Shown: positions 38,255 through 47,470 of the stretch, piece by piece | How positions within the stretch are numbered: position 1 is the stretch's first letter | Layout: every line of letters begins with the position of its first letter | Assembly (NCBI GenBank): GCA_001792115.1 | Contig: MGFX01000006.1 | Span: 18,537 to 82,536 of the forward strand | Length of the DNA stretch: 64,000 bases | Source: Candidatus Woesebacteria bacterium RBG_16_42_24 | GTDB lineage: Bacteria; Patescibacteriota; Microgenomatia; UBA8517 | Direction of reading: 5' to 3' | Program-made: the position numbers and the translations under genes | Notes under the pieces: generated by a model | Seen by the model: the letters and a program-made list of their open reading frames with translations, nothing else | Databases searched by the model: none | Told to the model about the DNA's origin: nothing

Positions 38255-39985
38255 TTAATCCAGTTTTATTTGCAAATTCCAGAAGTGCCTATATAGACTC
38301 TCTTTCTTTGAAAGGAGCTCTCTGTGAGAGCCGATTTCTATTATTTTACCCTTCTCCATGACCACAATTTTGTCGGCCCTCATCACGGTTGAGAGCCTAT
38401 GGGCGATAATGATTGTAGTTTTGCCTTTCGAGGCCTTCCAAAAAGCCTCTTGAATTAATTTTTCGGACTCGGAGTCCAACTGGCTTGTGGCCTCGTCAAA
38501 AATAATGATATCTGGGTCGGAAAGAATCATTCTGGCGATTGCCAATCTTTGTTTTTGCCCGCCGGAGAGTTTTATTCCTCGCTCTCCTACAAAGGTTTGA
38601 TATTTTTTAGGAAGACTCTCGATGAATGTATCTATATTAGCAAGAGCCGCAGCAGCCTTTATCTCGGAGAGTGTGGCTCTTCCTTTTGCGTAGCCTATGT
38701 TATAGAAAATAGTATTATTGAAAAGAATTGGCTCCTGCGGAACTACTCCGATATAGCTTCTTAGGTCCCTTTTGGTGAAGTCGGAAACGTTAATTCCGTC
38801 AATTGTAATTTTGCCGTAATCTAAGTCGTAAAACCTCATAAGAAGCTTAACCAGCGTTGTCTTTCCGGAGCCAGACCTTCCGACTAGTGCTATGGATTGG
38901 CCCTGCCTAATATTCAAGCTTAAGCCGTTAACTGCGTTTTTGCTTCTTCCTTTATAGGAAAAATGGAGATTTTTAAATTCAATTTCACCGTCAACAGACC
39001 GTCTTTTTATGGGAACTAAAGGATCCTTAACCTGTATATCGTTATCAAGAATCTCAAAATATTTCCCAATATCAGCGTAACTTTTGGCGATGTCTCTAAA
39101 ACTCCAGACCAAGTCCCATAAACGAGGGAAAAAAATTCCAATAAAGCCGGATACAAGTACAAAGTCTCCAATTGTGAATTTAGCATCCACGGCGAGTCTT
39201 AAACTCATAAGAATTATTAAAAAGAAAGTTATGTTGGTAATTACTCCGATGGTCACGTCTATGAGTCTATAGCTATTGAAATAGTCCCAACCGGCCTTTC
39301 TCCAGCTCGCGAAGGAAGATTTCAGTCGATTTCTTTCCCAGCCTTCTTTTGAAAAAAGTTTTACGGTCTCAAAGTTAATTAAGTTATCGACAATAATTCC
39401 TGATATCTCATCTTCTTTCTTGTTAAAAAGCGCCCTTCTTTTTACATTGAGACTTATTAGGAATTTTATGGCAACAAGGGTGAGAAAAAAGGAGATAATA
39501 ACAACTAAAACAATTCTAATATCAAGGGTGGTGAAAAAATAAATCATGACCAGAAGTGATACGGCAACCTCTGTCATTCTATGGTGGATTGCATGAAATA
39601 GATTCCATAAGGCTCCGTCGCCCCTTTTAAATGCACTAATTAAGGACCCCGTGCTTTTTTCCGAATGGAAGGCAAAATCCAGGTCCTGCACATACTTAAA
39701 GATTGCGATTCTGGCGTCGATTGAAGCGTCAATGAGGACATAGTCACCAAGGATGTGGGAGAATATTCCAGCAAGCCAAGAAGCGATTCTTACAAGCAGA
39801 AATACAAGAAGAATAGATAGAAGCTTTTCGTAATCCAAGGAGGGAATGGCTTCTACAAAAATTTTGTAAAAATATGGAGAGAGGTTAGATAGGGCGGTGG
39901 CAATAACGACCAATGCGACAAAACCGGCAAACGCCAGCCTTTTTTTCAATACAAAGCCATAAAAAGTTTTCAGAATTTTTAACAT
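38255..39985 (-). CDS. ABC transporter, fused permease/ATPase (MsbA/exporter type)
   Basis: Six transmembrane segments; Walker A GRSGSGKTT; signature LSGGQKQR; Walker B IIIFDEATS. Confidence 0.85.
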   Translation of the reverse strand: MLKILKTFYGFVLKKRLAFAGFVALVVIATALSNLSPYFYKIFVEAIPSLDYEKLLSILLVFLLVRIASWLAGIFSHILGDYVLIDASIDARIAIFKYVQDLDFAFHSEKSTGSLISAFKRGDGALWNLFHAIHHRMTEVAVSLLVMIYFFTTLDIRIVLVVIISFFLTLVAIKFLISLNVKRRALFNKKEDEISGIIVDNLINFETVKLFSKEGWERNRLKSSFASWRKAGWDYFNSYRLIDVTIGVITNITFFLIILMSLRLAVDAKFTIGDFVLVSGFIGIFFPRLWDLVWSFRDIAKSYADIGKYFEILDNDIQVKDPLVPIKRRSVDGEIEFKNLHFSYKGRSKNAVNGLSLNIRQGQSIALVGRSGSGKTTLVKLLMRFYDLDYGKITIDGINVSDFTKRDLRSYIGVVPQEPILFNNTIFYNIGYAKGRATLSEIKAAAALANIDTFIESLPKKYQTFVGERGIKLSGGQKQRLAIARMILSDPDIIIFDEATSQLDSESEKLIQEAFWKASKGKTTIIIAHRLSTVMRADKIVVMEKGKIIEIGSHRELLSKKESLYRHFWNLQIKLD

Positions 39986-40147
39986 AAGAAATGAGCCCTT
40001 TTAATTGGCCTTAAAACGATTGTACTACAAAGAAAAGCAAGCACCACTGTAAATACCTGTAGACAAGGCTCCAAAGATTTTCTTTCAAGAAAACTGGATA
40101 TTTGAGAGCCTCGGGGAGTATAATTTGACCTACACTTTTTATTTCCC

Positions 40148-41032
40148 ATGCGAAAGTTAATACTAGGGGTTTTAGTGGCGTTATTAGCCGTACTTTTTGC
40201 GGCAGGAGCATCCTATGCACAAACTCGTCGAGTTTCGCCGTCGCCAACCATTACTCCTACACCAACTTTTACTCCTACCCCGGCTCCACCGTCGGATTTG
40301 ACCCAGAAAACGGAAGAAACCATTGGCCCTTTGGAGAAACTATTAGAAGAACAAGAGCTTGGCAAGGTTTGGCCGGCAAGCCCTTTAAAATATGCCATTC
40401 GTTCGGCAATCGCCGCCCAAGTTCCAGTCAACACGATAGTTCTTCTTCTTCTCTTACCCTTAATTGCCTCACTCATCGCCGCCGCCCGCCATATAATCGG
40501 ACTTCGAGGATTCGGAATTTTTTTGCCGGCGGCTTTGGCGGTAACTTTTGTGGCTACCGGCCCAATTGTTGGAATCGGACTGTTTTTAGTCATTGTTACA
40601 ACCGCTACTTTGATTCGCTTTACGCTAAGAAAACTAAAAGTCAAACTTCAATATTTACCGAGAATGGCGCTTCTTCTCTGGTGGGTAGTAATAGGAGTTT
40701 TGGGGGTCCTATTTCTGGCCCCCTTAATTAACAATTCGAGTCTGTCAAATGTTTCCATTTTCCCCGTCCTTATTCTTGTGCTTCTTTCAGAAGATTTCAC
40801 CCGCGTGCAGCTGGGGAAGAGTGCCAAAGTGGCGGTTAACTTAACTTCCGAGACACTTATTTTGGCTCTGGCCTCTTATTTTGTTTTAACCTTAAAGCCG
40901 GTTCAGGAATATGCGCTTTTAAATCCAGAAATATATTTACTTGTAATCTTTATCTTTAATCTCCTTTTGGGCCGCTATGTTGGCCTAAGATTAATGGAAG
41001 TGTGGAGATTTAGAAAGCTTATTTCCAGTTAA
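40148..41032 (+). CDS. polytopic membrane protein with an N-terminal signal and Pro/Thr-rich region (possible partner of the downstream ATP-grasp system)
   Basis: Signal peptide; TPTPTFTPTPAPP linker; six or more transmembrane helices. Confidence 0.45.
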   Translation: MRKLILGVLVALLAVLFAAGASYAQTRRVSPSPTITPTPTFTPTPAPPSDLTQKTEETIGPLEKLLEEQELGKVWPASPLKYAIRSAIAAQVPVNTIVLLLLLPLIASLIAAARHIIGLRGFGIFLPAALAVTFVATGPIVGIGLFLVIVTTATLIRFTLRKLKVKLQYLPRMALLLWWVVIGVLGVLFLAPLINNSSLSNVSIFPVLILVLLSEDFTRVQLGKSAKVAVNLTSETLILALASYFVLTLKPVQEYALLNPEIYLLVIFIFNLLLGRYVGLRLMEVWRFRKLISS

Positions 41033-41121
41033 CCAGTAATCCAGTAGTCCAGTCAGACCGGTTAACCGGTAAACTGGCAAACTGAAAAACTGGAATACGG
41101 GAATACTGGAATACCGGGACT
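41033..41121 (+). promoter_or_regulatory. AT-rich dyad-symmetric leader motif (copy A) directly upstream of the ATP-grasp gene start
   Basis: aaccagtaatccagtagtccagtcagaccggttaaccggtaaactggcaaactg... contains the perfect palindrome accggttaaccggt; about 55 nt nearly identical to copy B. Confidence 0.45.
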
Positions 41122-42405
41122 ATGAAACTTTCCAATATTCTAGGCTTAAACGCTCGGACTCAGATTTTCTCTTATCGATATAACACCATATCTGGGAGGA
41201 AAATTTGTGATTCCAAGATTCAAACGGCCAGGGTTTTAAAGAAAGTAGGAATTCCTCATCCTGAAATTTACAAAAAGCTTAAAAACCCATCGGACATTGA
41301 GAAATTTGATTGGCAGACTTTGCCTGACGCCTTCGCCCTAAAGCCTTCCCGTGGTCTTGGGGGAGAAGGGATTGTTGTTGTTAAAACCCGGACAAAGGGC
41401 GAAGACGCCTGGATTACCACACAAAAAAATAGAGTTGGAATTGAGGATTTGAAGCTTCATGTTCAGGATATTCTTGAGGGGGCTTTTAGCTTGGGAAATG
41501 TTCCGGATAGCGCACTAATTCAAGAGTTTGTAGGCCGACATAAAGCCTTCAGAAAGTATGCATATAGGGGAACTCCTGATATTAGAATTATTGTTTTTAA
41601 TAGGGTGCCTGTTATGGCCATGTTAAGACTTCCGACTAAAGAATCTGGAGGTCGCGCTAATATGTATCAGGGGGCTGTTGCGGTTGGAATTGATATGGCA
41701 ACTGGGATTACTACAAAGGCGTATTTGCATGGCGAGTTTATTTCTCACAAACCAGGAACTTTAAGGAAACTCCGAGGAATAAAGATACCCGATTGGACCA
41801 GGATTTTAGAGATGGCGGTTGAGGCATCAATGGCGTCGGGAATGGGTTATTTGGGTGTAGATATAGTTTTGCATCCAAGTAAAGGACCAATGGTTTTGGA
41901 GCTTAACGCCCAACCGGGCTTAAAGATTCAGCTGGCGAATATGGCGGGCCTTAAGAAACGCCTTGAAAGAGTCGAGGATTTGGAAGTCCGCGATTCGGTC
42001 CACGGCGTAAAAATTGCCAAAGCCCTTTTTGCCGCCCGCTTCGCAGACAGGGTAAAGGCAGAAGAGGGGGTAAAGACCGTAGGAGTTTGGGAAGATGTTC
42101 GAGTGGTGGGCGGGGATCATAAGAAACATACCATTAAGGCAAAAATAGATACCGGAGCCTGGAAATCTTCTATTGATAAAGAGGTTGCCAAGAAGTTGGG
42201 AATTCTCGATAAAAGTAACGTCCTTTGGACTAAAGTTTACAAAAGCTCATTAGGGCGCGAGGTAAGAAAAGTTGTAAGCCTAACGTTTTACCTTGCAGGG
42301 ACCAGAGTTTATACAATCGCGAATGTTGCCGTTAGAACCCATTTAAGAACTCCTCTAATTATTGGTCGTAAAGATCTGAAAGGATTTTTGGTAAAGGCTG
42401 AATAA
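41122..42405 (+). CDS. ATP-grasp (alpha-L-glutamate-ligase-like) enzyme fused to a C-terminal retropepsin-like aspartic protease domain
   Basis: ATP-grasp N-terminal ~300 aa; C-terminus IKAKIDTGAWKSSID carries the D-T-G-A aspartic protease motif (DUF785-like). Confidence 0.6.
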   Translation: MKLSNILGLNARTQIFSYRYNTISGRKICDSKIQTARVLKKVGIPHPEIYKKLKNPSDIEKFDWQTLPDAFALKPSRGLGGEGIVVVKTRTKGEDAWITTQKNRVGIEDLKLHVQDILEGAFSLGNVPDSALIQEFVGRHKAFRKYAYRGTPDIRIIVFNRVPVMAMLRLPTKESGGRANMYQGAVAVGIDMATGITTKAYLHGEFISHKPGTLRKLRGIKIPDWTRILEMAVEASMASGMGYLGVDIVLHPSKGPMVLELNAQPGLKIQLANMAGLKKRLERVEDLEVRDSVHGVKIAKALFAARFADRVKAEEGVKTVGVWEDVRVVGGDHKKHTIKAKIDTGAWKSSIDKEVAKKLGILDKSNVLWTKVYKSSLGREVRKVVSLTFYLAGTRVYTIANVAVRTHLRTPLIIGRKDLKGFLVKAE

Positions 42406-42413
42406 CATCCTCT

Positions 42414-43325
42414 ATGAAAAAAATATTAATTTTGGTAGACAAGGTCGGTCCTAAAAAGGAAATGCTTGCAGAACTAATTGCAGAAAGACTTTCTGACAAA
42501 AATACTCAAATTGTCTTGGCTAGATTTTCGGATTTGTATTTCGAAATAGACGGGGAGAATGTCATAGTAGAAGTCGAGGGAACGTCTATAGAGAGGTTTG
42601 ACCTTGTCTATTTTAGAAGGGCGGGAGACAAATTTTCGGGAATCGCCCTTACCCTGGCACTATGCTTGGAAGAATTGGGAGTTAAATATATCGATAGTAC
42701 CTGGGGTAATATTGGACCCTTAGGAAGCAAGTTTGCATCCCTAGTCCGTCTAGCAAGAGCCCACCTTCCGATTTTCACCACAATTTATTTTTGGCCTACC
42801 CACATAGAAAAATACCAAGATAGTCTTATTAGAAAATTTGGTTTGCCCTTGATTGCCAAAGAGTTATCTACCCAAAGAGGAAAGGGTGTAATTTTGATTA
42901 GAACAAAAGAAGATTTTAAAAAGCTTCCCCTTACGGATAGCAAGGGCAGAAATAATCAATATCTATTTCAGAAATTTATCGAAATTAAAGATGAATTTAG
43001 AGTATTAGTTTTGGGAAATAAAGCGAGAGTTTGGGAAAGAAAAATAATTACTATCAAAGGGGAATTTAGACATAATATTTCTCTGGGGGCAAGTGAGGAA
43101 TTTCTCCCGATTGCCAAAATACCAGAAAAAATTGCAGACGTTGCAGCAGATGCGGCAGCGGTGTTAAACCTACAAATTGCCGGAGTCGATTTAGCTATTC
43201 AGAAAAAGACGAATAATGTTTTTTTGGTCGAAGTCAACCGTGGACCGGGAATAACTTATGATACAAAAATTTCTCCAGAAATCGACGAAATGGCCAAATT
43301 TTTGGAAGAAAGTGTCAAGAAATAA
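42414..43325 (+). CDS. RimK-family ATP-grasp ligase (alpha-L-glutamate ligase-like)
   Basis: IAKELSTQRGKGVIL, EFRVLVLGNK...W and LVEVNRGPG blocks. Confidence 0.65.
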   Translation: MKKILILVDKVGPKKEMLAELIAERLSDKNTQIVLARFSDLYFEIDGENVIVEVEGTSIERFDLVYFRRAGDKFSGIALTLALCLEELGVKYIDSTWGNIGPLGSKFASLVRLARAHLPIFTTIYFWPTHIEKYQDSLIRKFGLPLIAKELSTQRGKGVILIRTKEDFKKLPLTDSKGRNNQYLFQKFIEIKDEFRVLVLGNKARVWERKIITIKGEFRHNISLGASEEFLPIAKIPEKIADVAADAAAVLNLQIAGVDLAIQKKTNNVFLVEVNRGPGITYDTKISPEIDEMAKFLEESVKK

Positions 43326-44294
43326 ATGGAAAAATATAGGGTGGGTATGGCCTTTTCCAGGCAGTTTAGAGGCAGTTCTCCTCTAGGTCATATCGGCGTC
43401 AAACTTCCGGTTTATATTAGGCTTCTAACTCTTTGTGAGGCGAAGGGTTGGGAAGTTTATGTTTTGACGAAAAAAACATACAAGGGAAACGGAATATTTG
43501 AAGGTTCTTGGAGATATTTAGATGGCAAATTCGAAAAAATAAAAACTCCGGTAAAAATCGACCTGGTTTATGACAGGTGCGCCGGGATCAAATTTCCTTC
43601 GGAAGGGGACGACAGTCTTATTTGGATAAACCGCAGAGATTTTAAAATACTTTGCTGGGACAAGTGGAAGGCATATAGGCAGATTGGAAAATTCATGCCA
43701 AAAACTTTTTGGGTAGAAAGGCAGGAAGATTTGCCGGCGGTTTTAGCAAAAGTAAAAACCGAGTGGGTTAGCTTAAAGCCGTTCAACGGTTTAAAAGGAT
43801 TAGGGGTTTTTATTGGACCAAAGTATAAGGCGCAGGAATTTAAATTCTCTAAAAAATTCAAGCACTATATTGCCCAGGAATTTGTGGATACGTCAGGAGG
43901 AGTTCCTAAAATTACTAAGGGGTTTCACGATATCAGAGTTGCGGTAACCAACCAAAAAGCCGTTTGGTCGCACGTCAGAGTCCCACTTAAGGGAAGCTAC
44001 TTAGCGAACGCGGCCGCCGGGGGAATATTAACGGAAGTGGATTATACCCTGCTTCCAAGAAGCATAAAAAAAATTGTAGAAGAAATCGCCGAAAAGTTTT
44101 CTCAAAAATATGACGACCCTTCATATAGTATCGATTTTGGAGTAGGCAAGGATGGTACCCCAAAAATTTTTGAGATAAACGACCAAATAGGTTTTCCTAG
44201 GTGGGAGATGAAAAATAGAGACAAGTTTCTTAAAGCACTGGTCGATAATTTCGAAAGTAAACTAAATGGCAAAAATCGCGCCAAGTTCTTATAA
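43326..44294 (+). CDS. ATP-grasp-fold protein (third in the series)
   Basis: WVSLKPFNGLKGLGVFIG and IFEINDQIGFP blocks; start codon abuts the upstream stop. Confidence 0.5.
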   Translation: MEKYRVGMAFSRQFRGSSPLGHIGVKLPVYIRLLTLCEAKGWEVYVLTKKTYKGNGIFEGSWRYLDGKFEKIKTPVKIDLVYDRCAGIKFPSEGDDSLIWINRRDFKILCWDKWKAYRQIGKFMPKTFWVERQEDLPAVLAKVKTEWVSLKPFNGLKGLGVFIGPKYKAQEFKFSKKFKHYIAQEFVDTSGGVPKITKGFHDIRVAVTNQKAVWSHVRVPLKGSYLANAAAGGILTEVDYTLLPRSIKKIVEEIAEKFSQKYDDPSYSIDFGVGKDGTPKIFEINDQIGFPRWEMKNRDKFLKALVDNFESKLNGKNRAKFL

Positions 44295-44344
44295 TTATTT
44301 CGATATTGAAAAACGTATGCAATTATTGGTAATATCTTCTAAGT

Positions 44345-45685
44345 ATGGATCTTGCCAACCCCAACACAGGGGGAGTGATAAATCCTCCTCCGGTACCACA
44401 AACCGATGAGATAACACCTCCTACACTAGCCTCATCGGATCCGCCCAGTACGCCTTTAACTGACCCTGTTGGGGCGCCCCCCTCTTCGTTTCCTCCGAGT
44501 TCTTCCGGAGCTGAGGTCGTGCCACCAGCGGTCCCTCCGTCAGACCCCCTTTCCACGGGAGAACCCTTGGTTACACCGCCTACAGGCCCTTCGCCTAGAG
44601 GTAAAAAGGTAGTTCTTTCAGCCATTGCAGGCATTCTCCTTCTTGGAACAATAGGGGGCGGAATTTATATAGCCACGCATATTGCACCCAATCCTGCCGA
44701 TCAGACAGGGCAGGCTACATCTCCATCTGCGACTCCGGCTCCGCAGATTACGGGCGTAGAAGTTACTTATCTGGGAGGAACCGCCTGGAGTATTTCCGGT
44801 GATGCAAAAGTTCCCCTTACTCAAGGCCAAAGCGTTGTAGAAGGGGCGACTATTGAGACGGAAGATGATGCAAAGATGCTCCTTACTCTTGGGGAGGGAA
44901 GTATTGTAAGGATAGGTCCTTCCTCTAAGATTACTTTAACCAGTCTTGATCCGGAGTCAATGAATTTTACCCAGGAGCAGGGAATAATCTATGCCTATGT
45001 CGGCAGCGAAAGCGTTGCAACATTTACAGTGGTCGCCGGAGACGTCACAATCGAAGCGCAGGGGACGGCCTTTTCTGTCGAAAAAGATGAGTTAGCGTTT
45101 ATAAACGTCTTTGATAACAAAGTTATGGTGAGGCAGGGGGGTAAAGAGAAGGAGGTAGCTGAAAATACTAATTATGTTCAAGGAGCTGAAGAAGCCTTTG
45201 ACTTAAATACGGACGAGCTTGAGACAGATAGTTTCCTACAATGGGCATTAGAAGAAGAACTAGGAAGGATTGAGGCAGAAATTGCTTCCGAAGCTGAAGG
45301 TTCGGCTAGTTTGGAGGCTAAAGAAGCCTATAAAACTACACTTGAGGCTTTGGGTATCGAAAAGCTCGATGTTTTGAAGGATACTTTCTTGGCGTCAACT
45401 ACAGGAGCCGTAAGTAAAATTACTTTGACCGGTAGTAGGCTAGAAAACGGAGCGGTCTCGCTTTCCTGGACGTCTGATGGTCTTGCCGAGAATGGATATA
45501 AAATTGTTTGGTCGACCACTCTGGGAAAACCATATCCGGCAGACAAGAGAACCAGCGAGCCGATTCTTGGATACGCCAAAACTCTTGGCCCTATGAAGCC
45601 AGGTAAAACCTGGTATTACCGAGTCTGTGAGTGGACAGGGATAACCTGCGGGATTTACTCCAACGAGCTCTCGTTTAGCTTCTAA
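44345..45685 (+). CDS. membrane protein with a Pro-rich N-terminus and a FecR-like domain
   Basis: Transmembrane helix LSAIAGILLLGTIGGGIYIA; FecR-like beta-rich region (TFTVVAGDVTIEAQGTAFSV). Confidence 0.45.
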   Translation: MDLANPNTGGVINPPPVPQTDEITPPTLASSDPPSTPLTDPVGAPPSSFPPSSSGAEVVPPAVPPSDPLSTGEPLVTPPTGPSPRGKKVVLSAIAGILLLGTIGGGIYIATHIAPNPADQTGQATSPSATPAPQITGVEVTYLGGTAWSISGDAKVPLTQGQSVVEGATIETEDDAKMLLTLGEGSIVRIGPSSKITLTSLDPESMNFTQEQGIIYAYVGSESVATFTVVAGDVTIEAQGTAFSVEKDELAFINVFDNKVMVRQGGKEKEVAENTNYVQGAEEAFDLNTDELETDSFLQWALEEELGRIEAEIASEAEGSASLEAKEAYKTTLEALGIEKLDVLKDTFLASTTGAVSKITLTGSRLENGAVSLSWTSDGLAENGYKIVWSTTLGKPYPADKRTSEPILGYAKTLGPMKPGKTWYYRVCEWTGITCGIYSNELSFSF

Positions 45686-45788
45686 AATTACTTTACCTCC
45701 ACCGTTGCTTCCCACACTACTTAGCTTTCGCCTTTTCAGAACTATTCGTTCACGGCTCAAGCTGCGTTAGTTGAGGGACTTCACATTC

Positions 45789-46220
45789 TCATTTTAATTC
45801 GAATGTTGCGCCTGCCGCTTTGAGCTTCTCAACTGCGCTCTTGGCGTCTTCAGCTTTAGCGTCTTTGAGAACTTCAGCGGGAACATTCTCGGTCATACTT
45901 TTGGCATCCATCAGAGTTAAGTTTTGATTAATCTCGCGTAGTGCCTTGATTACTCCTATTTTATTTGCCCCAGCAGCTGTCATAGTTACGCTCTGGACTC
46001 CACCACCAGCGGATTCACCGCCAGCTGCGGAAGGTTCTCCACTAGCCTGAGCTGCATCTTGCCCCGCGGCAGGGGCGACTGCGACTGCCTGGGGGGTTAC
46101 TCCTAGTTTGTCTTGAAGAGCTGAAACAAGCTCGCTAAGTTCAACAACTGTTAACTTTGCGATTTCGTCAACCAATTTTTCAACACTCCCAGAAACTTTT
46201 TTTTCTTTTTTATCTGTCAT
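45789..46220 (-). CDS. rplL: 50S ribosomal protein L7/L12
   Basis: Ala-rich hinge plus C-terminal AGATFELK. Confidence 0.9.
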   Translation of the reverse strand: MTDKKEKKVSGSVEKLVDEIAKLTVVELSELVSALQDKLGVTPQAVAVAPAAGQDAAQASGEPSAAGGESAGGGVQSVTMTAAGANKIGVIKALREINQNLTLMDAKSMTENVPAEVLKDAKAEDAKSAVEKLKAAGATFELK

Positions 46221-46232
46221 GCTTAATCACCA

Positions 46233-46249
46233 CCTTTGCCCCGCACAAA
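46233..46249 (-). promoter_or_regulatory. intercistronic hairpin between rplJ and rplL, just upstream of the rplL Shine-Dalgarno sequence
   Basis: ccccgc-acaaa-gcgggg. Confidence 0.35.
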
Positions 46250-46265
46250 GCGGGGAATTTAGAAT

Positions 46266-46790
46266 TTAGGATTTGGCCTTTTCGTTTAAAACGAAAAGCA
46301 GCCTCTGTGTATTTGCATTAAGGGTTCCGACAAGTCCATAAGAAGTACCCATTAAAGTCCCAAGTAGTTGACCCAAAAGGGCGTCTTTTCCTGGGAGGTT
46401 TGATAATTTAATTAGGGAATCCGTGTCTTGGAAGCTTCCGTCAACAATTCCCACCTTTAAAGACGGCACCTCAAATTCTTTGGCAAATTTACCAAGTACA
46501 GATAGGGAAGCGATAGCGTCTTCTCCGGCTAAAATGAGAGCAGTTTGGCCGCTAAGTACTGTATCAGTTAAAACCTCCGGTTCAATTTTCGCGGCTTCAC
46601 CCGCTCTTTTAAGAAGGGTATTTTTGACAACCAGCATCTTGGCTCCGACCTCGGTAAGCCTCTTTTTGAGCTCCTGTTGGGCCTTAACCGAAAGGCCGGC
46701 GTAATTCACGAGAATTACACTCTTTGCCGACTTTAGTTCTTCGGTCAAATTACTAACAAAAAATATTTTTTCAGCTTTTTTCATACTCAT
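46266..46790 (-). CDS. rplJ: 50S ribosomal protein L10
   Basis: L10 N-terminus KKAEKIFFVSNLTEELKSAKSVILVNYAGLSV; start taken at the MSMKK methionine. Confidence 0.85.
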   Translation of the reverse strand: MSMKKAEKIFFVSNLTEELKSAKSVILVNYAGLSVKAQQELKKRLTEVGAKMLVVKNTLLKRAGEAAKIEPEVLTDTVLSGQTALILAGEDAIASLSVLGKFAKEFEVPSLKVGIVDGSFQDTDSLIKLSNLPGKDALLGQLLGTLMGTSYGLVGTLNANTQRLLFVLNEKAKS

Positions 46791-46835
46791 ACCTTTAAAG
46801 ACCGTGTCTTGCAAGGTATATATAGTTTTGCACTA

Positions 46836-46862
46836 AAAAAGCACTCCGAGGAGTGCTGATAC
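46836..46862 (-). promoter_or_regulatory. rplJ leader attenuator-like hairpin followed by a U-run
   Basis: On the minus strand: gcactcc-tcg-gagtgc then tttttt, about 50 nt upstream of the rplJ start. Confidence 0.4.
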
Positions 46863-47063
46863 TTTTCACTTAATATCTTTACCGCGAAGCGGCAAGCTCC
46901 GCTTATATCTTAGTATCATCCCGCTTCGCGGGAACCCTCGGCACGACTTATGGTTCGACTTAGCCCCTCGATTACACTCGGGACTAGCTCACCACGTGCT
47001 GTCTTAGGACAAAAGAAATTATAAGTTAGAATAGTGGTTACGTCAAGGAGTTAAAATGAAGAT

Positions 47064-47402
47064 TTATTCGTTTCTGACTTCACCGCGGGTAACTCTGTCA
47101 AGCTTTTTCCCTGGTGTTTCGGGCCGCGGGCTCGTTACTTGTCTCAGCCGCTCTTCAGTTCTTGTTCTCTGCCCCTGTTCTAACGACTGTACTAATGCAG
47201 TTTTCTCAATCCCTTGCCTTAAACCCTGGGGACTAATTGATCTTGGTCGCACAGGTGTTTGAGTTTCTGTAACTGGAGGCACCAGGCGGGGAGATTCTGG
47301 CCTTTGAGTGTAGTCTTTAAGGCCCCCCCTCCGGATACCTTCTCGAGTTCTTTGAAATGCTTCCTCGGGGGTTAATGGTCCTTCACCGCTCTCATCTGCC
47401 AT
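47064..47402 (-). CDS. hypothetical low-complexity (R/Q/E/T-rich) protein in the rplJ leader region; may not be real
   Basis: ORF only; no Shine-Dalgarno sequence; overlaps the expected L10 leader. Confidence 0.2.
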   Translation of the reverse strand: MADESGEGPLTPEEAFQRTREGIRRGGLKDYTQRPESPRLVPPVTETQTPVRPRSISPQGLRQGIEKTALVQSLEQGQRTRTEERLRQVTSPRPETPGKKLDRVTRGEVRNE

Positions 47403-47470
47403 ATCCAGATTTTATTGCCCCGTCCTTTAGTTGTCAAATTTAGAAAAAGATTGAAAAATACTAATCCAAT

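Noticed and set aside
47056-47262. 68-aa plus-strand ORF and other short ORFs in the rplJ leader region
   Set aside because: They sit in the expected L10 leader, which has an attenuator-like hairpin, and are probably non-coding.
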